Shown: in pieces, positions 41,577-50,161 of the stretch
Layout: each line of letters begins with the position of its first letter
How positions within the stretch are numbered: position 1 is the stretch's first letter
Assembly: GCA_965208835.1 (NCBI GenBank)
Contig: OZ242358.1
Span: 320,001 to 384,000 of the forward strand
Length of the DNA: 64,000 nt
Direction: 5' to 3'
From: Candidatus Latescibacterota bacterium
Lineage (GTDB): Bacteria > Latescibacterota > UBA2968 > GCA-2709665
Notes under the pieces: generated by a model
Databases searched by the model: none
Told to the model about the DNA's origin: nothing
What the model saw: the letters and a program-made list of their open reading frames with translations, nothing else
Translations under genes and position numbers: made by a program

Positions 41577-42368
41577 TCAGTTGCCCGGATTTCGCTCAAG
41601 CGTTTCCAGCCAGCGATATCCGTAGATCGGGATGTCGTCTGACGGCGGCGTCACGCCACCCCGGAACATGCTGAACCGTACCACCCGTATACGGTAGCTA
41701 TAGCCGTGCACTGGCCGGAAGCCCACGATTTCACTTCGAAACGGGGCGCCATTGACAACTCTGCAGTAGATGGAACGATTGTCGTCGCATTGCACCCGGC
41801 CCGGCCCGACCACGACGATCTCCTCGTCCGTGCCCGTCGCCTCGTCCTTCGTGACGATTTCATCCAGCACATGGCGGCCATCGCCATATTTGTTTACATT
41901 TAAGTGATAGTAAAAACCCGCCTCGTATTCAAAGTTCGTGATGATGTCGTTATATGGAACACCGTTAACCAGCAGGCAGAAGTCATCTGAATTTGAGCAC
42001 GTAACCCGTGTAGGCCCGATAAGCAATGTCGCCGGAGTGGACGGGGCGCGGGTTTTCTCCATTTGTTCAAGCAGACGATAGGCATATCGGCCTGCATCCT
42101 GGGGTGGCTCTCCTCCATTCCAGGGGTCGTATTTTCCAATCCGCAGCCGGTAGGAGTAGCCGGCTTCGAAGGTAAAGCCATCGATTCCGTCGTAAAACAA
42201 GTTGCCGTCAACCACCATGCAGGTCTGCTCGCCGACGCCGTAGCATCTGGCAAGGGCCGGCCCCACGGTAACTTCAATGATCTCGATATAACGCGGTCCC
42301 ACCGCATCTTTGCACGCGAAGGATGCCAGGGTCACAACCACGGGAAGAACAAGCCTTCCGGCTCGCAT
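41577..42368 (-). CDS. Lipoprotein with three tandem DUF4377-like repeats
   Basis: Lipobox-like SFAC; three units of pattern VGP...C...C.vVnG..f...I.gF....GY.Y.l.v; GGAGG RBS before ATG 42368. Confidence 0.7.
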   Translation of the reverse strand: MRAGRLVLPVVVTLASFACKDAVGPRYIEIIEVTVGPALARCYGVGEQTCMVVDGNLFYDGIDGFTFEAGYSYRLRIGKYDPWNGGEPPQDAGRYAYRLLEQMEKTRAPSTPATLLIGPTRVTCSNSDDFCLLVNGVPYNDIITNFEYEAGFYYHLNVNKYGDGRHVLDEIVTKDEATGTDEEIVVVGPGRVQCDDNRSIYCRVVNGAPFRSEIVGFRPVHGYSYRIRVVRFSMFRGGVTPPSDDIPIYGYRWLETLERNPGN

Positions 42369-42752
42369 CGGGACCTCCTTCAACAGGGCACACACCCTGT
42401 TGCGTTGTTCCCGGCATTTGAACAGCATCGACTCAACCGGCGGGTGAGCCCTGTCGAACCATCAGGCCGTTTGTACGCCGGCGGGTCAGCTCTGAAGTTG
42501 ACAAAGCCGTCGCATCCATTGTAACTTTTAATATATAACAAAAATCGGCGTTTGAACAATGGCAGGTGGCAGCCATCCGGAAACACCGGCTCATCCTGCA
42601 ATCTTCCAATGGACTGATTCCGGCCTTCGGGCGCGGACGTCACACGACGGCCAAGTCCGGCAGGAGTGGTTGGCATGTCATTGGCTGGTCGACGAATTCC
42701 AGAAGCGATTGTTGTCCCGATCGGCCATCTTCAGGACCCCGCCCTGATCGTC

Positions 42753-42901
42753 TAACAGTCCGTTGATAAAGTCGCTCTGCAGGCGAGGCCGAAGACAAGG
42801 CGCGCAACCGAGTCCCATCGGGCGATTCGGCGAGGGAGCGCAACGCAGTATTTCGACCGCGAGGGCCGGCCGTAGTCCGGATGGGCTTTCCCAACGGGCT
42901 G
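42753..42901. mobile_element. MITE family B, copy 1
   Basis: Ends TAACAGTCCGTTG / CAACGGGCTG; reverse-complement homolog at 54794-54961. Confidence 0.75.
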
Positions 42902-42914
42902 CCAAGGGGGATAG

Positions 42915-45875
42915 ATGGTGCGCGTGATTCTGTTTTGCTGGCTGGTGCTGGGGTGCGGGACGGTCTGGTCCCAGCCCATTGGCTATATTGAAGGGACGGT
43001 CAAAGGGGAAAGTGGCGAGACCCTGCCAGGTGCAAATGTCGTCGTTACGGGCGTGGACGTCGAGGAGCGTACACGGGCTGCCACAGGCGACGAGGGCCGG
43101 TTCAGATTTGCCGTTCCGGCGGGGAATTACCGGATCGAGATCACATTCATCGGGTATAAGTTCAGAATTCTCGATGACGTCTCGGTTCGGCAAGGCCAAT
43201 CCACCAGGCTGGACGTGATCCTCAAGGAGCAGGTTATTTTTCTGGAGAAGAGCGTGGTCTCCGCTTCCCGCCGCAGGGAAAAGATCCTGGACGCTCCCGC
43301 CTCCGTCTCCGTGGTCGAGACCGCCGACATCCGCAACAACCCCTCGATGAACGTGGCCGACCACGTAAAGAACCTGCCGTCGGTTGACTTCGCGAAGACC
43401 GGACTGGCAAACAGCAGCATCGTGGTGCGCGGCTTCAACAGCGTCTTCACCGGCACCCTGCTCATGATGACGGACAACCGGCTTGCCAGGGTGCCGTCCG
43501 TGCGGGTCAACGCCCCGAATTTCATTCCCATTACAAGCGATGACGTGGAACGAATCGAGGTGGTTCTGGGTCCTGGATCGGCGCTCTACGGGCCCAACAG
43601 TGCGGACGGTGTGATGCACATCATCACCCATTCGCCCTTTACGTCGCAGGGTACGAGTGCGCACTTCGGATACGGAGAGCGCAACCTGCGTCAGGCCTCG
43701 ATTCGCCACGCGGGCAAGGTCGGGGACCGGGTGGGCTACAAGGTTTCCGCCCGGTACTATACAGGGACCGAGTGGGAATATGTCGATCCGGAGGAGGTGA
43801 GGGCCCGAGAACGCCGGGAGGAGCAGATTGCCTCGGGTCTGAACCTGCCGTCTCTTCCGCTTCGCAACCCCGAAACCAACAATCTCGGGCTGGAAGCGCG
43901 TCTGGACTGGCGCGCCTCCGACAACTTCACCGCTATTTTTTCATCGGGACACAACAAGGCGGACCTGGTCGGGCTGACCGGCGTGGGGGCCTCCCAGACG
44001 AGAGACTGGCAATATAACTACGCTCAGATGCGCGTGCTGTACGGCGACTGGTTTGTACAGGCCTTCCGCAACTGGACCGATTCCGGAGGGACTTTCCTGC
44101 TGCGTACGGGCGATCCCGTGGTCGACAAGTCCTCCCTCACGGTGTTCCAGGCGCAACACGTATCGAAACTGGGTGCCCGCCAGCGGTTCACGTATGGCCT
44201 GGATGCACTGTTTACGCGGCCGGATACCGAAGAAACCGTCATGGGCAGGAACGAGGATGACGACGACCTGAACGAGTTCGGGGTCTACCTGCAGAGTGAA
44301 ACTTCCCTTTCCGCGATGGTTGACCTCGTGCTTGCCCTGCGCTACGACTACCACAGCCGCCTCGTGGACCCCGAGTTCTCGCCCAGGGCCGCGCTGGTTT
44401 TGAAGCCGAAGCCGACCCAGACGTGGCGTCTGACGTACAACCGGGCTTTCACCACGCCCACCTCGAACAATCTGTATCTCGATCTGCTGGCCACCAGAGA
44501 CCCCTTCGGGTTCAGCGGAATCTTCTCGCCGATGTTCACGGCACGCGGTCTGACGTTCGACCCGATCGATCTCTGGACCCAGGGCAACTACCAGGACAAC
44601 GACTTCGGCTTCACATTCCGGCGGGAAGGCGGACGGCCCCTCTTCCGCTCGCCGTTTGCCCCCATGGCCGGCCTGCCGGCCGATCAGTATCTGCGACTGG
44701 ACGATCCGGAATTTACCAACGTGATGTGGGGTATCGGCAGGGAGGTGGTGCTCGAACAGCTGCTGCCGACGGTAAAGGAAATGGCCGTCGACATCCTGAT
44801 CCAACAGGGCATGGGCGCCGAAGAAGCCCGGAATCTCGCAAACGGACTGGCTGAAGCCTTTCCCGGTATCGTTCCCGAGCGATTGGCGGGCCTTCGCAAC
44901 GTCATGGGCCGGCTGAACATCGCAACGCCGCCGCTGGGCGAAAATCCGGAAGATATCCAACAGCCGTTTTTCTTTCTGGAGTCGGACGGCGCGACTCCGG
45001 TGACGGCCTACGACGTCCCGCGCATCCAGTCCGCGATTACCAGGACGATCGAGTTGGGCTACAAGGGCGTCATTGCGGACAGACTCATCGTGGCCGCGGA
45101 CCTGTATCAGTCCAGGATTGAAAATTACGTGGGTTCGGTTTCGGTGGAAACCCCCAACGTGTTTCTCGAACCGGAGAGTCTGGCCGAGGCTCTGAACCAC
45201 GGATTCGAAGAGACGCTGTCCGATCCGTCGAACGCCGTGCTCGCCGCCGGTCTCCAGCTGATTGACAACGTGCAGGTGCCGGGGCTCCTGGAGGGCAACC
45301 GGAACGGTTCTCCGGTGGATGAACTGACCGCCATCTTCGTGGCCGGTGCCGCGGCGATTCCATACGGAACGGTGTCGCCGGAACAGGCGACCGATCCCTA
45401 CGCGATGGTGTTGACCTACCGCAACTATGAAGATATCACCATCCGCGGCCTGGACCTGGGCCTGGCCTGGTATCCAACGGCGCAATGGAGACTGACCGGC
45501 AACTATTCGTACGTGAGCAAGAACTTCTTCAAGAACCTGAAATACACGCACGTCCCGGGCGTTGGCGATATCACATTGAATTCGCCCCGGCACAAATTCA
45601 AGCTGGGGGCGTCGTACGACTTTACCGGATTGGGCCTGTCGGTCGGCAGCGCGCTCCGATTCACCGATTCCTTTCCCATGCAATCGGGGGTGTACGTGGG
45701 CGACGTGGATGCCTATACGGTTGTCGACATGTCGCTGAAATACCGGTTGCCCGTTGAGCGGGAAGTGGACCTGCATCTGGACGCGAGCAATCTACTCAAT
45801 ACACGCTATCGTTCATTCATCGGGGCCCCGGAAGTGGGCCGCCTCGTCTTCAGCCAGGTCAGCATGAGGTTCTGA
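42915..45875 (+). CDS. TonB-dependent outer membrane receptor
   Basis: Signal peptide, N-terminal carboxypeptidase-regulatory-like domain (LPGANVVV), plug ERIEVVLGPGSALYG, C-terminal NLLN...GR...RF. Confidence 0.93.
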   Translation: MVRVILFCWLVLGCGTVWSQPIGYIEGTVKGESGETLPGANVVVTGVDVEERTRAATGDEGRFRFAVPAGNYRIEITFIGYKFRILDDVSVRQGQSTRLDVILKEQVIFLEKSVVSASRRREKILDAPASVSVVETADIRNNPSMNVADHVKNLPSVDFAKTGLANSSIVVRGFNSVFTGTLLMMTDNRLARVPSVRVNAPNFIPITSDDVERIEVVLGPGSALYGPNSADGVMHIITHSPFTSQGTSAHFGYGERNLRQASIRHAGKVGDRVGYKVSARYYTGTEWEYVDPEEVRARERREEQIASGLNLPSLPLRNPETNNLGLEARLDWRASDNFTAIFSSGHNKADLVGLTGVGASQTRDWQYNYAQMRVLYGDWFVQAFRNWTDSGGTFLLRTGDPVVDKSSLTVFQAQHVSKLGARQRFTYGLDALFTRPDTEETVMGRNEDDDDLNEFGVYLQSETSLSAMVDLVLALRYDYHSRLVDPEFSPRAALVLKPKPTQTWRLTYNRAFTTPTSNNLYLDLLATRDPFGFSGIFSPMFTARGLTFDPIDLWTQGNYQDNDFGFTFRREGGRPLFRSPFAPMAGLPADQYLRLDDPEFTNVMWGIGREVVLEQLLPTVKEMAVDILIQQGMGAEEARNLANGLAEAFPGIVPERLAGLRNVMGRLNIATPPLGENPEDIQQPFFFLESDGATPVTAYDVPRIQSAITRTIELGYKGVIADRLIVAADLYQSRIENYVGSVSVETPNVFLEPESLAEALNHGFEETLSDPSNAVLAAGLQLIDNVQVPGLLEGNRNGSPVDELTAIFVAGAAAIPYGTVSPEQATDPYAMVLTYRNYEDITIRGLDLGLAWYPTAQWRLTGNYSYVSKNFFKNLKYTHVPGVGDITLNSPRHKFKLGASYDFTGLGLSVGSALRFTDSFPMQSGVYVGDVDAYTVVDMSLKYRLPVEREVDLHLDASNLLNTRYRSFIGAPEVGRLVFSQVSMRF

Positions 45876-45891
45876 TGAAGCCGCAGGATGA

Positions 45892-45931
45892 CAAAAGAGG
45901 GGGTGCGGCGACTGCTGCACCCCCTCTTTTG
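45892..45931. terminator. Intrinsic terminator (bidirectional type)
   Basis: CAAAAGAGGGGGTGCGGC-GACT-GCTGCACCCCCTCTTTTG hairpin directly after the TonB receptor stop. Confidence 0.8.
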
Positions 45932-45951
45932 CAAGGCAGAGGTCTGCGAAT

Positions 45952-46944
45952 ATGTCTGGCAACGGGACATCGGCGGAGCATTCGAAAGAGACGCGTGACG
46001 ATGGGGCGTCCGTCCGTAACATGGCCGGATCACTGGACCGGGCGAAGGGGGCGCTGGTGGGGCTGGCGCTGGGGGATGCGCTCGGTACGACGCTCGAATT
46101 CTCCGGGCGGGACACCAGGCCGCCGGTTACCGAGATCGTTGGTGGAGGTCCATTCGGCCTGGCCGCCGGGGAATGGACCGACGATACGAGCATGGCCCTG
46201 TGCCTCGCCGAGTCGCTGCTGGAACGGGGTCGGCTGGACGTTCACGACCTGACGGTACGGTTCCTCCGGTGGCGCGATGAAGGACACAACTCGGTCACGG
46301 GCGTGTGTTTCGATATCGGCAATGCCACTGACGGCGCACTCCGGTCTTTTCGGGAAACCGGCGAGCCGCTGAGCGGCAGCTCCAATCCCCGGACCGCAGG
46401 AAACGGTTCGCTGATGCGACTCTCGCCGGTGGCGATCCGCTGGTGGCGCGACCGGTCCAAAGCAACGGCGGCCGCCCGGCTGCAGAGTCGAACCACCCAC
46501 GGCGCCCCTCAGGCGGTGGAGGCGTGTGCGCTCTTTGTCGAACTGCTGATCGAGGCGATCGCCGGTGCGCCGAAGGAGACCGTCCTGCGCGGCAGGGGCT
46601 GGACCGGCGACGCGCTGATCGCCGACGTGGCCGTCGGTTCATGGCGCGCAAAAGAGCGCGACGCCATCTCCTCTTCGGGATACGTCCTGCACACGCTCGA
46701 AGCGGCGCTGTGGTGCGTGGACAGGTCGGAGTCCATCGAGGATGCCCTGATTCTGGCCGCCAATCTCGCTGATGACGCCGATACCGTGGCCGCGGTCACG
46801 GGACAGCTCGCCGGCGCCCTGTGGGGCATGTCGGGCGCCCCCGCCGCATGGCTCGACAAACTGGCCTGGCGCGACCGCCTGGACGCGCTCGCCGCCGACC
46901 TGTTCGAGGCCGCCAACAGCGAGCTGGCCGGTCCCGCGGCGTGA
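45952..46944 (+). CDS. ADP-ribosylglycohydrolase (DraG/ARH family)
   Basis: GLALGDALG, WTDDTSMA, AGNGSLMR, TH, DADT. Confidence 0.93.
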   Translation: MSGNGTSAEHSKETRDDGASVRNMAGSLDRAKGALVGLALGDALGTTLEFSGRDTRPPVTEIVGGGPFGLAAGEWTDDTSMALCLAESLLERGRLDVHDLTVRFLRWRDEGHNSVTGVCFDIGNATDGALRSFRETGEPLSGSSNPRTAGNGSLMRLSPVAIRWWRDRSKATAAARLQSRTTHGAPQAVEACALFVELLIEAIAGAPKETVLRGRGWTGDALIADVAVGSWRAKERDAISSSGYVLHTLEAALWCVDRSESIEDALILAANLADDADTVAAVTGQLAGALWGMSGAPAAWLDKLAWRDRLDALAADLFEAANSELAGPAA

Positions 46945-47140
46945 AATGCGATTGCCGGTTTTGCGTTCGCAACGAAAAAAGCCGCGATCCACCTCCTGGT
47001 GAACCGCGGCCATCGCCACACCCTCATGCACACATCATCCGGTGGCGGACGCACGGTTCCCGCTGCGCAAAACCACCAGCGCTTAAGGGAAATCGCCACG
47101 CTACCGAACAAACACCTCGAATGCCGCCCCATGAATATCC

Positions 47141-48217
47141 TCACGATCCGGATTCCTTCCGTTCGTCTCTGCGCATCCGGTCCCGCGCTTTCCTTGAGAT
47201 GCGGTTCCAGACGCCCGTAAGCCCCATCGCCTTCTTCATTTCCTTTAACGTCTCATCTGCGACCACCTGGACGCGCTGCGTTCCCTCGTACAGTACCTTT
47301 TCCACGTACCCCGAATCCGCTTCAAAATGCGCCCTTCGCTCCCGGATCGGATCGAGAAACTCGTTCAGCGCCCGGGTGAGCTTTTCCTTCACCTCCACGT
47401 CGCCGACCGTCCCCTCGCGGTACCTCGACTTCAGGTCAGCCACTTCCGCCTCGTCCGGATTGAACGCGTCGTGGTAGACGAATACGGGGTTCCCTTCCAC
47501 CCTGCCGGGTATGTCGGCTCTGACCCGGTTGGGATCGGTAAACATCCCCCGCACCTTCCTCTTCACGGTCTGCGCGTCGTCGGACAGAAAAATCGCATTG
47601 TCCAGGCTCTTGCTCATCTTGGCCTGGCCGTCCGTACCCACCAGAACGGGGACCTCGCCGATCAGCGCGTCCGGAATCGGGAAGACCTCTCCGTAATAGC
47701 TGTTGAACCGGCGGGCGATTTCTCGGGTGACCTCCACGTGAGCGAGATTGTCCTTTCCCACGGGAACCAGGTGCGCCCTGGGCGTCAAGATATCCGCGGC
47801 CTGCAAGATGGGATAACCGACCAGCCCGAACGGGATCGCCTCTTCGTCCAGCCTGGCTGCGCGCGCCATATCCTTGATGCTGGGCAGCCGCGCCACTCTG
47901 GGTAGGGTCACCAGCATCTCGAAAAACAGGTTCATTTCGTATACCGCGTGGATGGCGGACTGGAGATAGACGGTCGACCTGGACGGATCGATGCCCACCG
48001 CCAGATAGTCCAGCAGCATCTCCCGCACGTTCTCACGCAGGGCGTGGATGTGTTCCTTCTGCGGCCGGGTCGTAAGCATGTGCAGGTCCGCCACCAGGAA
48101 AAAGCACTCGTATTCGTCCTGCAGCCGTACCCGGTTCTTCAACGAGCCGACGTAATGTCCCAGGTGCATCTTCCCGGTGGGCCGGTCGCCCGTGAGGATC
48201 CGTTTCCGTTCATCCAT
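47141..48217 (-). CDS. trpS: Tryptophanyl-tRNA synthetase
   Basis: TGDRPTGKMHLGH (HIGH), YPILQAADI, VPVGKD, KMSKS. Confidence 0.96.
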   Translation of the reverse strand: MDERKRILTGDRPTGKMHLGHYVGSLKNRVRLQDEYECFFLVADLHMLTTRPQKEHIHALRENVREMLLDYLAVGIDPSRSTVYLQSAIHAVYEMNLFFEMLVTLPRVARLPSIKDMARAARLDEEAIPFGLVGYPILQAADILTPRAHLVPVGKDNLAHVEVTREIARRFNSYYGEVFPIPDALIGEVPVLVGTDGQAKMSKSLDNAIFLSDDAQTVKRKVRGMFTDPNRVRADIPGRVEGNPVFVYHDAFNPDEAEVADLKSRYREGTVGDVEVKEKLTRALNEFLDPIRERRAHFEADSGYVEKVLYEGTQRVQVVADETLKEMKKAMGLTGVWNRISRKARDRMRRDERKESGS

Positions 48218-48236
48218 CTATATTCCCTCCTCGGAC

Positions 48237-48392
48237 GCTGTCTTAAAATTCCCAGCGGTCTTCGCGCGGCTGCAAAAGCGCCGGTCGGCGTTGGTCAAAC
48301 CCGCCCGTATAGACAAATATGGGCGGATTCTCCCGCCTTGACCGCCACTTTTTCGCTCGCGCTCGGGAACTCACCGGTAATTTTAAGACAGC
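48237..48392. mobile_element. MITE family A, copy 2
   Basis: Perfect 14-bp TIR GCTGTCTTAAAATT / AATTTTAAGACAGC; same orientation and nearly the same sequence as 2940-3103. Confidence 0.8.
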
Positions 48393-48393
48393 T

Positions 48394-48425
48394 AAAAAAA
48401 ATCCCCGCCGTAGGCCGGCAGGGAC
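48394..48425 (-). terminator. Attenuator terminator upstream of trpS
   Basis: Minus-strand RNA GUCCCUGCCG-GCCUA-CGGCGGGGAU followed by a U run. Confidence 0.8.
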
Positions 48426-48454
48426 GTTGATCTTAAAAAATCCGAATCTCAAAT

Positions 48455-48532
48455 TCAGCACGCAGTCAGCCGGCCGGTACGATTGAAGTCGTACCACCAC
48501 CAGCTTCCGGAATGTCCGTCGCGCGCGGCCAT
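48455..48532 (-). CDS. Trp leader peptide (25 aa, MAARDGHSGSWWWYDFNRTGRLTAC)
   Basis: AAAGGA RBS, ATG at 48532, three consecutive TGG codons (48494-48502), TGA at 48455-48457; upstream of the terminator and trpS. Confidence 0.82.
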   Translation of the reverse strand: MAARDGHSGSWWWYDFNRTGRLTAC

Positions 48533-48571
48533 CTCGTTTTTCCTTTAAACAGGGTTCTCTGGGACCGGTCA

Positions 48572-48600
48572 ACGATATCGAATTCTCAATATCCTGTCAA
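48572..48600 (-). promoter_or_regulatory. Sigma70-type promoter of the leader-trpS unit
   Basis: Minus strand TTGACA-17 nt-TATCGT, about 40 nt before the leader ATG. Confidence 0.65.
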
Positions 48601-48651
48601 GCGAATTCTTCTATTTCCGGTCTTTCAACACGCGATGCGCCTGAGAGACGC

Positions 48652-49644
48652 CTATGTCGCATTCTTCAACGATTCCGCCATTTCGACGGCAAAGTAGGTC
48701 AGGATCATATCTGCGCCGGCCCGCTTGATGGACGTAAGCGTTTCGACCATCGCGCGCTCCTTCTCCACCCAGCCGCGCTCCGAAGCCGCAAGGACCATCC
48801 CGTATTCGCCGGAAACGTTGTAGGCCGCGATGGGCGTTTCGAAGCTCTGCCTCGCGCTCGCGATGACGTCCAGGTACGGCAGTGCGGGCTTCACCATCAC
48901 CACGTCGGCCCCTTCCTCGATATCCAGCGCGATCTCCTTCATCGCTTCCCGGATATTGGCAGGATCCATCTGATACGTCTTCTTGTCCTCGGGGACACCC
49001 CGCGCCTTTACCGGCTCGGACTTGAGCGCTCCACGGAACGGCCCGTAAAAGCAAGATGCATATTTGGCGGAATAGGCCATGATGCCGACGTTGCTGAACC
49101 CCTGGTCGTCCAGCGCCACCCTGATGGCGCCAATCCGTCCGTCCATCATGTCAGACGGGGTGACCCAGTCCACGCCCGCCTCGGCGTGAGAAAGCGACAT
49201 CTTGCACAGCACCTCGACGCTCTCGTCGTTCGCGACCTCGCCGTCGATCAGCAGGCCGTCGTGTCCGTGCGTGGTATAGGGATCCAGCGCCACGTCCGTC
49301 TGCACGCAGAGGTCGGGAAGCGCCGCCTTGAGTGCCCGGACCGCCCTCTGGATCAATCCGTCCTGTGCGTACGCCATTGTTGCGCGCTCGTCCTTTTCCT
49401 CCGAATAGCCGAACAGATTGACGCCGCAGATGCCGAGGCCGTACACCGTCTCGCACTCACGCACGAGTTCGTCGACCGAAAACCGGAACTGGCCGGGCAT
49501 CGAATCGATGGGTTCCCGCACGTTGGCGCCTTCCGTCACGAACATCGGATAGATCAGGTCCCCCACGTTCAGCACGGTTTCCCTCGTCAGCGTCCTTATG
49601 GGTTCCGTACGCCTCAACCGCCGGGGCCGGTAGGTCAGTTCCAT
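48652..49644 (-). CDS. hemB: Porphobilinogen synthase
   Basis: RPRRLR, DVALDPYTTHGHDG, SDMMDGR, YSAKYAS.FYGPFR, MVKP, AYNVSGEY. Confidence 0.96.
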   Translation of the reverse strand: MELTYRPRRLRRTEPIRTLTRETVLNVGDLIYPMFVTEGANVREPIDSMPGQFRFSVDELVRECETVYGLGICGVNLFGYSEEKDERATMAYAQDGLIQRAVRALKAALPDLCVQTDVALDPYTTHGHDGLLIDGEVANDESVEVLCKMSLSHAEAGVDWVTPSDMMDGRIGAIRVALDDQGFSNVGIMAYSAKYASCFYGPFRGALKSEPVKARGVPEDKKTYQMDPANIREAMKEIALDIEEGADVVMVKPALPYLDVIASARQSFETPIAAYNVSGEYGMVLAASERGWVEKERAMVETLTSIKRAGADMILTYFAVEMAESLKNAT

Positions 49645-49668
49645 ATTGCCTCTCTAATGCAAAAACCC

Positions 49669-49787
49669 AAACCGACCGGGATTAAGCAGGATTAGAAACA
49701 AAGAGCAGGGACAGAACCAATCAGGATTAAGCAGGATTAAAAGCAAAGAGCAAAATCAAAACCGACCGGGATTAAGCAGGATTAGAA
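49669..49787. repeat. Three direct repeats of GGATTAAGCAGGATTA at 45-bp period
   Basis: Cores at 49679, 49724 and 49769; units 1 and 3 share the longer AAACCGACCGGGATTAAGCAGGATTAGAA. Confidence 0.8.
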
Positions 49788-49951
49788 TCCAGGAACGAGA
49801 AAAGAAAAATACGGCGCGCAATGCCGATCCGCGCATAATCAGAATGTACCCTCCATAGACGCATTGTCAACCCCTTCGTTATTTGGAGACGCGGCAAAGG
49901 GCGTCTGCCAGGCGAAGAAAAACCCAGCAAATAATCACGTCCCATTGCCGT

Positions 49952-49976
49952 GTAGGGGCGTCCCTTGTGGGCGCCC
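49952..49976 (+). repeat. GTAG-type REP-like palindrome
   Basis: GTAG-GGGCGTCC-CTTGT-GGGCGCCC. Confidence 0.55.
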
Positions 49977-50110
49977 GCATTCCTGCCGCCGTCGCCCGTA
50001 CGAAAATGGCCTTTTCGCTGAAATGTGACGGCAGTAAATTGGATGCCAGGTGATGGACGACGCCGCAGGCTTTTCTCTCGACTACATTCCAGTAGAACGA
50101 GAACGAGCAG

Positions 50111-50135
50111 GGCAGACAGGAATGTCCGCCCCACC
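50111..50135 (-). repeat. GTGG-type REP-like palindrome
   Basis: Minus strand GGTGG-GGCGGACA-TTCC-TGTCTGCC. Confidence 0.5.
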
Positions 50136-50161
50136 TTCACATAAACGGAGTGGAGCCATAA

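Noticed and set aside
45952-46944. ADP-ribosylglycohydrolase as part of a toxin-antitoxin or defence module
   Set aside because: No adjacent ADP-ribosyltransferase or related gene; it lies far from the island and behind a terminator.
49669-49787. CRISPR array
   Set aside because: Only three short cores, linkers resemble each other and are low-complexity, and there are no cas genes.
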